The notes under the pieces were generated by a model. It was not told the DNA's origin. It did not search any database and saw only the letters and a program-made list of their open reading frames with translations. From assembly GCA_046756565.1 (NCBI GenBank), contig JBHHWO010000005.1, positions 1 through 63,477 on the forward strand: a stretch of 63,477 bases of DNA, read 5' to 3'. Positions 48,765-57,194 of the stretch are shown here, in pieces. The DNA comes from Thermoanaerobaculia bacterium (GTDB lineage: Bacteria; Acidobacteriota; Thermoanaerobaculia; Multivoradales; JAHEKO01). Made by a program: the position numbers and the translations under genes. Each line of letters starts with the position of its first letter. Positions within the stretch are counted from its first letter, which is position 1.

Positions 48765-49555
48765 GGCCCTATCTCGAACTTCTCGAGCGTATTCTCGAAG
48801 AGGGCACGGACCGACCCGACAGGACAGGCACCGGTACCCGCAGTGTGTTCGGACACCAGATGCGTTTCGCGCTCGAAGACGGTTTCCCACTGCTGACGAC
48901 CAAGAAGCTCCACCTGCGATCCATCGTCCACGAGTTGCTTTGGTTTGTTCGGGGCGACACCAATATCGCGTACCTCAGAGACAACGGCGTCAAGATCTGG
49001 GACGCCTGGGCGGACGCCGACGGCGAGCTCGGCCCCGTGTACGGCGCCCAATGGCGCTCGTGGCGCACCGCCGAGGGCGGCACCGTCGACCAGATCGAGA
49101 GGCTCGTCCACGACCTGCGCGAGAATCCCGACTCGCGCCGCCATATCGTGAGCGCGTGGAACGTCGGCGAGATCGACAAGATGGCGCTGCCTCCCTGCCA
49201 TGCGCTGTTTCAGTTCTACGTCGCCGAGGGTCGCCTTTCGTGCCAGCTCTACCAGCGTAGCGCCGACGTCTTCCTGGGCGTGCCGTTCAACATCGCGTCA
49301 TACGCGCTGCTGACGTTGATGATCGCCCGCACTGTCGAGCTGGAGCCCGGGGACCTCGTCCTCACCCTGGGCGACGCCCACCTCTACTTCAACCACTTCG
49401 ACCAGGCGCGAGCTCAGCTGGCGCGCGAGCCACGAGCCAGACCGGTCATGCGGCTCAACCCCGAAGTACGATCGGTTTTCGACTTCACCTACGAAGACTT
49501 CACTCTCGAGGACTACGATCCCCATCCCCACATCAAGGCGCCGATCTCGGTTTGA
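48761..49555 (+). CDS. thyA: Thymidylate synthase
   Basis: DRTGTG, LGPVYG, SRR, LPPCH and [18 protein letters not shown] motifs; 264 aa. Confidence 0.98.
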   Translation: MRPYLELLERILEEGTDRPDRTGTGTRSVFGHQMRFALEDGFPLLTTKKLHLRSIVHELLWFVRGDTNIAYLRDNGVKIWDAWADADGELGPVYGAQWRSWRTAEGGTVDQIERLVHDLRENPDSRRHIVSAWNVGEIDKMALPPCHALFQFYVAEGRLSCQLYQRSADVFLGVPFNIASYALLTLMIARTVELEPGDLVLTLGDAHLYFNHFDQARAQLAREPRARPVMRLNPEVRSVFDFTYEDFTLEDYDPHPHIKAPISV

Positions 49556-50055
49556 GGCTGTCGATCATCGTCGCGGTCGCCGAGAACGGCGTCATCGGCA
49601 GGGACAATCGAATCCCGTGGCGGCTTTCGGCCGATCTCAAGCGCTTCCGGTCGCTCACCACGGGACATTATCTGCTCATGGGTCGCTCGACCTTCGAGTC
49701 GATTGGCCGGCCACTTCCCGGGCGGACCACGATCGTCCTGAGTCGCGGAACGCCGGAGCTGCCCGGGAGCGTCCTACTCGCCGGAAGCCTGCCGGAAGCC
49801 GTGGCGATGGCGAAAGAGTCCGGGGAGACCGAGGCCTTCGTGGCCGGGGGGGCTGCGATCTACCGGGAAGCGCTGACGATCGCCGATCTCCTCTATCTCA
49901 CCCGCGTGGCCGGCGACTACGAAGGCGATACGTTCTTCCCGGATTGGTCCAAGAAGGGCTGGAATCTGTTCGCGATCGAGACGTGCCCTCACAAAGAAGG
50001 CGAGCCGGCTGCGGTATTCGAGGTTTGGAGACGACGTCGGGGACACCTATCCTAG
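49552..50055 (+). CDS. folA: Dihydrofolate reductase
   Basis: [33 protein letters not shown] and GDTFFP motifs. Confidence 0.96.
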   Translation: MRLSIIVAVAENGVIGRDNRIPWRLSADLKRFRSLTTGHYLLMGRSTFESIGRPLPGRTTIVLSRGTPELPGSVLLAGSLPEAVAMAKESGETEAFVAGGAAIYREALTIADLLYLTRVAGDYEGDTFFPDWSKKGWNLFAIETCPHKEGEPAAVFEVWRRRRGHLS

Positions 50056-50219
50056 TGTCCTGTCCCAGTGATTCGCTACACAAATCTCGGGCCTTTCTGC
50101 ACGCTGCCGGCGTTGCCACTCCTCAACATAGGCCCAGCTATGCTTGCGTCGTGGGCGCCTTGGCAGCGCACACCATGACCTCGAGCCTTATGCACCGAAC
50201 CACTGGGACAGGACACTAG
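50052..50219. mobile_element. MITE-like element A, copy 2
   Basis: Matches 9487-9654 at 167/168 positions. Left CTAG contains the folA stop codon. Confidence 0.88.
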
Positions 50220-50243
50220 GTGTCCCCTCCCGACCTGGTGCGA

Positions 50244-51323
50244 TCAGAATCCGCGCCGCACCGCCCAATGCAGCGTCAGGTCCGGCCCGTTCTCGAAATG
50301 CGCGACGTTCTCGGTCACGGCCGCGGTCATCCCGTACTTGCCGAGCCGCCATTGGAGGCCACCCGAGAGCTGCCAGATCTCGGAGTGCAGATCCTCGATC
50401 CGGATCCCGTCGAGGGGCGAGCCGGCGATCATCAACTGGACCACCCAGGAGACGCGGCGCCAACGCCGCTCCCAACCGGCGTAGATCCCGGGAATGAGGC
50501 GCTCGCCGAGTCCGAGGAGCTTCCACTCGCCCAGGTAGCGGAGGTTGAGGGCCGCGAAGCGGCAGCTGCGCCGTTTGCACCTCGAGACCTGTGCCTGTCC
50601 CGCGACGTCCACCGAGCCGCTGCTCCCGAATCGCTCGTCGTCGCCGAGTGGCAGCTTGATTGCGGCATCCCAGATCAGACGTCGCTCGTTCTTCGCGAGC
50701 CGTCGCTGTCCGCGGATGGCAAGCAGCGGGTCCGCCAGATCCAGGGACTGCTTCGGGTCCCGCAAGAGGTCGCCCTCCTCGAGCTGCAGGAAGACCGCCC
50801 GCTGGTCCTTGGGCACTCCGAGGCGCCCGTCCTGGTCGAACCCGGCGACGTCGTGGAACTCCTCCAAGAGTCCGTCCATCCACCCACCCTGGATCTCCAG
50901 GAACGGCAGCCGCACCTCGAGCTCGAGACCGTTCCCGAGTCCACGCCGTAATCGCAGCTCGGTGCGCAGGGACTCCCCGTCGATGAAGAAAAGCGGCTCG
51001 CCGTTCTCGCTTTCGCGCTCGACGCGAGCCAGAAACTCCGGGGTCACGGGCAGGCGCTCGGTGCGAGCCTCGAGCGCGCGCTGCACCGACTCCGAACGCG
51101 CAAAGGTGTTGGCCATCGAGACCATCACCTCGGCCTGCCAGGAGCCGGCCTCGAGCAGATCCAGCGGCAACGGCTCGACGGGCATGGCTCCGCCGGTAAG
51201 GAGAAACTGATCCGAAAGCCGGAGCGGCCCGGTGAACTCGAAATCCTCCGCCGCCGGGGCTCGGGACGCAAAGACCAGGACCAGCCCCACCAGGCACGCG
51301 AACCGGGTCGCCGACTTCCTCAC
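50244..51323 (-). CDS. Putative outer-membrane protein (DUF3187-like)
   Basis: Signal peptide; GGWMDGLLEEFHD..G, KLPLGD..FGSSG and terminal Phe. Start uncertain. Confidence 0.65.
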   Translation of the reverse strand: MRKSATRFACLVGLVLVFASRAPAAEDFEFTGPLRLSDQFLLTGGAMPVEPLPLDLLEAGSWQAEVMVSMANTFARSESVQRALEARTERLPVTPEFLARVERESENGEPLFFIDGESLRTELRLRRGLGNGLELEVRLPFLEIQGGWMDGLLEEFHDVAGFDQDGRLGVPKDQRAVFLQLEEGDLLRDPKQSLDLADPLLAIRGQRRLAKNERRLIWDAAIKLPLGDDERFGSSGSVDVAGQAQVSRCKRRSCRFAALNLRYLGEWKLLGLGERLIPGIYAGWERRWRRVSWVVQLMIAGSPLDGIRIEDLHSEIWQLSGGLQWRLGKYGMTAAVTENVAHFENGPDLTLHWAVRRGF

Positions 51324-51330
51324 GACCTGG

Positions 51331-51828
51331 TCAGCTGCCGGCGGACCTAAGATGCTCCAGCACCGCCTCGGCACTAGAAACGCCGATCTCGCGTCCGGGC
51401 TCGACGCCTAGATACTCGACCACTCCGTCGCGCACCACGGCTGCGTAGCGACGGCTTCTGACCCCGAGTCCGATAGCCGATAGATCGAGCGCCAGGCCCA
51501 AGCCGTCGGCGAGCTCGCCGTTGCCGTCCGCCAGGAAGCTCACGCACTCCGCAGCCCCGCGGTCGCGACCCCACGCATCCATCACGAAGGCGTCGTTGAC
51601 TGCGACGCATGCGAGCTCGTCGACGCCGGCTTCGCGCAAGGCATCCGCAGAGGCCAGGAACCCCGGCAGGTGGACGTCCGAACACGCCGGCGTGAAGGCG
51701 CCCGGGACCGCAAAGAGCACCACTGTCCTAGCGGCGAAGAACTCGAGGGTCGAGACCGGCTCCACGCCTTCCGCGGTCTTCCGCCTCAGCGTCACGTCCG
51801 GAATCGAGCTGCCTGTCGCGAAAGTCAT
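51331..51828 (-). CDS. Peroxiredoxin, Prx5 type
   Basis: PGAFTPACS..HLPG, VNDAFVM.AW and RSRRY motifs. AGGAG RBS. Confidence 0.93.
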   Translation of the reverse strand: MTFATGSSIPDVTLRRKTAEGVEPVSTLEFFAARTVVLFAVPGAFTPACSDVHLPGFLASADALREAGVDELACVAVNDAFVMDAWGRDRGAAECVSFLADGNGELADGLGLALDLSAIGLGVRSRRYAAVVRDGVVEYLGVEPGREIGVSSAEAVLEHLRSAGS

Positions 51829-51910
51829 CCACTCTCCTGTTTCCAGGCCGCAGAGTGTATACGAGATGGTTTCGGGCTCGGTTCGGGGCCGGAGCGGATA
51901 AAATGTCCCG

Positions 51911-52966
51911 GTGAGAGAACTAGAGCATCTCATTCAGTCCTGGGACGGTATCGGCGTCCTGACGCGGTACGACGAGCCCACGGGTACCTGGATCTTCATC
52001 TGCATTCACGACAACTCCCTGGGAGCCGCGACCGGAGGCACGCGGATCCGGACCTACCCCACGCCTGCCGACGCACTTCGTGACGGCATGCGGCTGGCCG
52101 AGGGAATGACCCACAAGTGGGCGGCTGTGGATCTCGGCTTCGGCGGAGCCAAGGCGGTGCTGGCTGTGCCCGGCCCGATCGCCGGCGACGAGCGGCGCGG
52201 GCTGCTTCAGCGCTACGCCGGCCTGATCGAGATCCTGGGTGGCTCCTTCCTGACCGGCGAGGACATGGGCATCACGTCGGAGGACATGGAGTTCATATCC
52301 CGGCACACGAGCTATCTTCACGGCTTCGATGAGCACGGCAAGAAGGTGGACCCGAGCCCGTTTACGGCGCGCGGGGTCGTCACCGGAATCAAGGCCTCGC
52401 TCGCCCATCGCTACGGTGACGACTCGATCTCCGGCAAACGCGTGCTCGTCCAGGGTACAGGCAACGTCGGTGGACACCTCGTGCGGATGCTGGCCGAAGA
52501 GGGCGCCGAGATTCTGGTCGAGGACATCGACCGCGACCGAGCCCAGAGCCTCGCCGACGAGGTCGGCGCCCGAGTGATCGACAACGGCGACACCTACTCG
52601 ACCGAATGCGATGTCTTTGCGCCGTGCGCGATCGGAGCGATCCTCAACCAGGACACGATTCCGAAACTCGCCTGCCCGATCGTCGCCGGCTCGGCCAACA
52701 ACCAGCTGGCCGAGCATGACGACGTCGAGCGGCTGCGCGAGCGCGGCATCCTGTACGCGCCCGACTACATCGTCAACGCCGGCGGCGCCATCTCCTTCGC
52801 CCACATCGGCCGCGGGATCACCGCCCGCGATCGCCTGTTCGAGAAGGTCGACTCGATCGGATCGACGCTCGCCGAGATCCTCGCCGAAGCCGACGAGCGC
52901 GGCGAATCTTCTCTGGATGCCGCCGACCGCCGGGTGGCTCGGGTTCTGGCGCGCGCGCGGGCCTGA
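51911..52966 (+). CDS. Leu/Phe/Val dehydrogenase
   Basis: GGTR, GMTHK, GGAK, GEDMG, QGTGNVG, GSANNQL and PDYIVNAGG motifs. Confidence 0.92.
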   Translation: MRELEHLIQSWDGIGVLTRYDEPTGTWIFICIHDNSLGAATGGTRIRTYPTPADALRDGMRLAEGMTHKWAAVDLGFGGAKAVLAVPGPIAGDERRGLLQRYAGLIEILGGSFLTGEDMGITSEDMEFISRHTSYLHGFDEHGKKVDPSPFTARGVVTGIKASLAHRYGDDSISGKRVLVQGTGNVGGHLVRMLAEEGAEILVEDIDRDRAQSLADEVGARVIDNGDTYSTECDVFAPCAIGAILNQDTIPKLACPIVAGSANNQLAEHDDVERLRERGILYAPDYIVNAGGAISFAHIGRGITARDRLFEKVDSIGSTLAEILAEADERGESSLDAADRRVARVLARARA

Positions 52967-52982
52967 TCCCTCTCGTTTCGGC

Positions 52983-53008
52983 GGGATTTCTCGCTCCGCT
53001 CGGAATGA
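52983..53008. repeat. REP-like arm (same family as 1362)
   Basis: GGGATTTCTCGCTCCGCTCGGAATGA. Confidence 0.7.
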
Positions 53009-53205
53009 TCCGTTGTTGCGGCCTAGCTCTGTCTGGGCCGTCTCCGCCTCGAAGTGCGAAACACTGTCGGCTCGGAGACCCAGCGTTTCAGATCAGGGCG
53101 CCCAATCCGGGTCCGCTCCAGCGAAGAAAATCGTGTCGATCCATGGCACACATGCGCCCGATACTACCCAATCCCGAGGTCTCTCCAGCCACGTATAGTC
53201 CGGGC

Positions 53206-54294
53206 ATGAAGGGGTCGGCGACCAGGTGCGCGGAGCTGTTATGCGCGGGCGTGATCGGGCTCCTTTGGGTCGGCTGCCTGCCCAAGTCACACACGGCGTT
53301 CCGGCTCCAGCCTCGCGGGCCGGAACCGCCTGGGGCCGCTGCCCTCCGGAGCGAAATCCTCGAGAGCCGTCCGCACGCGGCCGAGACGATCGATCACTGG
53401 ATTCGCGAGGCGGGCGGATACGCGGAGCACCGGCTCTCGTTCGCTTCGATCGGCTACAACGCGCAGCACCAGAATCTCGTCGAAGCGACCTACTTCGAGC
53501 GGCGCACTCCGGGCCGGAAGGCCCTGGTGATCATTCTGCCGATCTGGGGCAGCTCCTCGTACCCCGGTCGCGCTCTCCTGCGCCAACTTCGCCGAGACGA
53601 CGCAGTCGGAGACATGAGTTTTCTGCTCATTCACGGGCGCGAGTACCTTTTCGACTGGGAGGGAATGGCTCGGGCCTCTTCCGAGGCCGCGCTTCGCGGA
53701 ACGCTCGCGACCTCGGTGGAAGCGATGCTCAACTCGATTCAGGACGCTCGCCGGCTCTTGACTTGGGCGGTCGAGCGGCCCGAGGTGGATCCAAGCCGCA
53801 TCGCGATCGCGGGCTTCAGCTCTGGCGCGATCGTCGCGGCGATCACGATGGGGGTCGACCGGAGGATCGGAACCGGCGTGTTCGTCATGGGCGGGGCCGA
53901 CCCTCACGAGATCTTCTCGACCTGCTCGAGCCATGCCCGCACGAGCAGGGAGGCAGTCCGCCGCAACCTGGGATGGTCGCTCGACCAGTTCAGGGCGACG
54001 CTCGAAGGACCGCTCTCGGCCATCAACCCCCGGCATTACGTCTCGTCGATCGATCCGGCCAATGTCCTGGTGGTCGAGGCCTCGGCCGACCGTTGCATCG
54101 GCGACAATCCCAGGCGCGAATTCTGGACCGCTCTCGGCCGGCCCGAGAAGATCTCGGTACTGGGCGGCCATCGCCACTCCTTCCTCTCGATGACACCGCT
54201 CGGCCGTCACTGGACGACCCGCCGGATCTCCGAGTTCTTGCGGCGAAAGCTCGCCGCGCGCCCGATGGACTCCGTGCCGATCGCGGCCCGCTAG
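53206..54294 (+). CDS. Alpha/beta hydrolase, probable lipoprotein
   Basis: GFSSG nucleophile elbow, D in ADRC, GGH; VGC lipobox-like; TATAGT 6 nt before ATG 53206. Confidence 0.75.
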   Translation: MKGSATRCAELLCAGVIGLLWVGCLPKSHTAFRLQPRGPEPPGAAALRSEILESRPHAAETIDHWIREAGGYAEHRLSFASIGYNAQHQNLVEATYFERRTPGRKALVIILPIWGSSSYPGRALLRQLRRDDAVGDMSFLLIHGREYLFDWEGMARASSEAALRGTLATSVEAMLNSIQDARRLLTWAVERPEVDPSRIAIAGFSSGAIVAAITMGVDRRIGTGVFVMGGADPHEIFSTCSSHARTSREAVRRNLGWSLDQFRATLEGPLSAINPRHYVSSIDPANVLVVEASADRCIGDNPRREFWTALGRPEKISVLGGHRHSFLSMTPLGRHWTTRRISEFLRRKLAARPMDSVPIAAR

Positions 54295-54456
54295 TGTCCC
54301 GTGCGGTAAGTTCGTTGCCACACCGAGAGCGGTGAAGCGTGCGCTGGGCAAGGCGCGACGACTGAGAATATCGGGCATATTCGACAGAGGAGCAACGCCG
54401 CCCAGCGGAATGCAGCACCGCTCGAATGTAAAGGAACTTGCCGCACGGGACACTAG
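54291..54456. mobile_element. MITE-like element B (166 bp), divergent relative of element A in opposite orientation
   Basis: 23-bp terminal IR CTAGTGTCCCGTGCGG(T/C)AAGTTC with one mismatch. Each CTAG contains the stop codon of a flanking convergent gene. Confidence 0.85.
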
Positions 54457-56084
54457 GGAACCGAGGCGTCGGAGGGCGCCTCTGCGCTCGGGGCGACCAT
54501 AGCGCCGGAGAGGCTTCTGCCGTCGATCTCGGTGGGCGGCGTCACTCCGGTCCACTCGGCAAGAGTCGGAGCGATGTCGACGGTGGAGACCGGATAGGAA
54601 TTCCGGCCCGGTTCGCCGCCAGGCCACATCAGCACCAGCGGAACATGGGTGTCGTAGCGATGGGGCGTGCCATGAGACGAAGCGCTCGAAGCGGTCGCCA
54701 GGAAGTACGGCTCCCACTCCACGAGGAGGTCGGGACTCCGTGCGGCGAAATAGCTGCGCGCGAACCGCCGCTGCATCGGGTCGTCGCCTTCCGAGGAAAG
54801 CTCTTCGGCGAGCCAGACTTTCGATACCGACGGACAGACTTCTAGAAGCGCCCGGGCTCGCTCTTTCACCTCGTCCAGCGAGACCTGCGAGCCTTCGGGT
54901 AGCGGCGAGAAGAAGAGACCGGGCCGAAACCAGTCGCCGGCCCCGAACTCGGTGTCGAGGGCGGCGTCGACAGCCTGAAAACAGCGAATCTCCTCGAACC
55001 CGACCCGGGAGCCGGGGAGTCCGCCCTCGGCGCGCTTTTCCGGAATCGGCACCGAGCCGTGGTCGCTGGTGAGGACCACCGCCACGCGATCCATGCCGAT
55101 GGACTGGTCGAGCCAGTCGAAGAAGCTGCCCAACTCCCGATCCAGGCGCACGAGGATGTCGAAAAACTCGCGGCTCCAAGGGCCGTGGCCATGGCCAACC
55201 GAATCCGTCGTCGAAAAACCGAGAGCGAGCAGGTCGGGATACGAATCGCGCCCCAGGCTCTCGGCTTCGATCACTCCCCGCGCCAGCCGGAGAAGGTACT
55301 CGTCGAGCCAAGGCGAGTCGAACAGCTCACCGAAGAAGAACTCTCCGGGCACCGGCGACAATCCGCCGATCGGGTGCGGGAAGTCCTCTTCGAGTGGGCC
55401 GAGATCGTACTGATCCACGCCCATTCCAGCCAGCACTTCCGGATCGAAGGCGAGAGGCTCCCAGAGGCGGCCATAGGTCGACGCCAGAAAGCCCTCGGCA
55501 TTGGCCTGCTCGAGCCAGCGCGGGTTGTCCTCGTGGTAATAGTCCGACGAGGTGAACGTACCGTCCCAGTCGTACCAGTAGGCGCCGTCGGCCCGGTGGC
55601 CACCCATCAGGATCGCCGACCGATCCTTGGCGCTCATCGAGTAGACACGGCTCGGGCGATAGGTGGCCTTGAGCCAATCGCCGAAGGAGGAACATTCGAG
55701 TCGAGCCGGCGAGCGCCGGTTGCGCTCGTCCTCGGCCGAATACACCTCCAGGCCGGTGGCGCGATCGAACCAGTAGTTGGAAATGACGCCGTGACTCGAG
55801 GGATGACACCCCGTTACGATGCTGGCGTGTCCGGGAGCGGTGCTGGTTCCCGCGTGGGCATGATGCGCTTCGCCGAAGACGACCCCCTCGTCAAGGAGTC
55901 GGCGAATTCCGCCCTCGAAGGCGTCATTGAGACGGACCAGATGATCCGCTCCGAGCTGATCCACGACCACGAGGAGAATCAGCCCGGGGGCATTCTCTGG
56001 CGGCTCCGGAGCCGGCCAGGGGCAGGCCGCCAGCATGCCCGCGGACAGCAGGAGGGCGGCGCGTTTCGCTAGATTCCTGCCCAT
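54453..56084 (-). CDS. Alkaline phosphatase, PafA-like lipoprotein
   Basis: Lipobox LAAC; VVDQ, TSTAPGHA, SAKDRSA, D..GH..GP, SDHG and HGTPHRYD motifs. Confidence 0.88.
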   Translation of the reverse strand: MGRNLAKRAALLLSAGMLAACPWPAPEPPENAPGLILLVVVDQLGADHLVRLNDAFEGGIRRLLDEGVVFGEAHHAHAGTSTAPGHASIVTGCHPSSHGVISNYWFDRATGLEVYSAEDERNRRSPARLECSSFGDWLKATYRPSRVYSMSAKDRSAILMGGHRADGAYWYDWDGTFTSSDYYHEDNPRWLEQANAEGFLASTYGRLWEPLAFDPEVLAGMGVDQYDLGPLEEDFPHPIGGLSPVPGEFFFGELFDSPWLDEYLLRLARGVIEAESLGRDSYPDLLALGFSTTDSVGHGHGPWSREFFDILVRLDRELGSFFDWLDQSIGMDRVAVVLTSDHGSVPIPEKRAEGGLPGSRVGFEEIRCFQAVDAALDTEFGAGDWFRPGLFFSPLPEGSQVSLDEVKERARALLEVCPSVSKVWLAEELSSEGDDPMQRRFARSYFAARSPDLLVEWEPYFLATASSASSHGTPHRYDTHVPLVLMWPGGEPGRNSYPVSTVDIAPTLAEWTGVTPPTEIDGRSLSGAMVAPSAEAPSDASVP

Positions 56085-56088
56085 CCCG

Positions 56089-57174
56089 CTAGCCCTCAGA
56101 ATCGGCGAGTATACAGTCCCCCCAGATCGCCTCCAGCAGGCGCCGATCGCGTTCGTCAGGCGGCAAGCCCGCAAGGCAGCCGGCACTCTCGTAGAACCGC
56201 TCGAAATCTCCGCTCGCGGCCCGAAACAGATCCTGGAAGGCATCGAGGCGCTCGCGGTAGAAACCGATCGCCGCCAGATCCGCGTTGTTGAGATCACGCC
56301 CGATCCAGCCGGCGAACGCTCCGGTGCGATCCGGATCACTCGTTTCCAGATTGCGCAAGAACTCGGCAAAGTGCTCGGCCTTTCGCGCCCTCCTGGCGGA
56401 CTCGCCCATCTCCGAGTCGGCATAGAGCGCTTCCAGCCGGATACGGAGACGCTCCACGCCGGCGTACGCATGGTCGAGCCTCCGGAGCGAGTGCTCGTAG
56501 TCCGCAACTTCGGTATCTACCTCTGCGGACGTTGCTTCCAGCCAACGACGGACTCCGGCGCGCTCGACCGCGGTCGCGAACGACTCGTTGAAGACGGTAT
56601 CGCCCTTGACGTAGATCCGAGAATGCGCCAACTCGTGAAACAGCAGACCGGCAAGATCGCGATCCGGATCGAAAATGAAGGTATTGAGCAGCGGATCGCC
56701 GAACCAGCCGAGGCTCGAGAAGGCGCGCACGCCGCCCACTGCGGCGTCGAGACCCTCGTTGCGAAGGCTCCCGGCGAACCGGTCGGCCCGATCGGGGTCG
56801 AAGAAGCCACGGTAGCCGACGCAGCCGGCGATCGGAAAGCACCAGGTCCGCGGCTCGAGGCTGAACTCGGGCGTCGCCACCACGGTCCAGACCGCGTACG
56901 GCCGCTCGAGGTCGAGGTACTTCCCGTACCTCTTGCCGACCGGAAGCAGCAACCGGGTCTCGGCGAACTCGAGCAGCGCTCGCGCGGCCTGCAGCTTGCC
57001 TCGGAGCTCTCCCGGCGTGGCGGAATCCTCCAGGAGCCGCTCGACCTTCTCTCCGCGGGCCACCAGGGCGAAGCCGCCCTTGCCGAGATGGGCGTAGTAG
57101 CCGAGCCGGGCGCAACCGGTCAGGCTCGCCACGAGCAGGACCAGACCGGCCAAGGCTGTTCTTGGACAGCGCAA
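56089..57174 (-). CDS. Putative zinc aminopeptidase (DUF2265-like) lipoprotein
   Basis: LTGC lipobox; WCFPIAGCVGYRG, SSLGWFGDP, HELAH and FNESFA motifs. TTG start inferred. Confidence 0.82.
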   Translation of the reverse strand: MRCPRTALAGLVLLVASLTGCARLGYYAHLGKGGFALVARGEKVERLLEDSATPGELRGKLQAARALLEFAETRLLLPVGKRYGKYLDLERPYAVWTVVATPEFSLEPRTWCFPIAGCVGYRGFFDPDRADRFAGSLRNEGLDAAVGGVRAFSSLGWFGDPLLNTFIFDPDRDLAGLLFHELAHSRIYVKGDTVFNESFATAVERAGVRRWLEATSAEVDTEVADYEHSLRRLDHAYAGVERLRIRLEALYADSEMGESARRARKAEHFAEFLRNLETSDPDRTGAFAGWIGRDLNNADLAAIGFYRERLDAFQDLFRAASGDFERFYESAGCLAGLPPDERDRRLLEAIWGDCILADSEG

Positions 57175-57194
57175 GTCGAATACGCTATCCCACG
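57175..57194. promoter_or_regulatory. Coincident divergent -10 boxes
   Basis: TACGCTA at 57181-57187 reads TACGCT (+, 8 nt to ATG 57195) and TAGCGT (-, 7 nt to TTG 57174). Confidence 0.5.

Noticed and set aside
48761-50055. Mobile dfr resistance cassette or prophage
   Set aside because: Ordinary chromosomal thyA-folA pair; no integrase, attC or phage genes.
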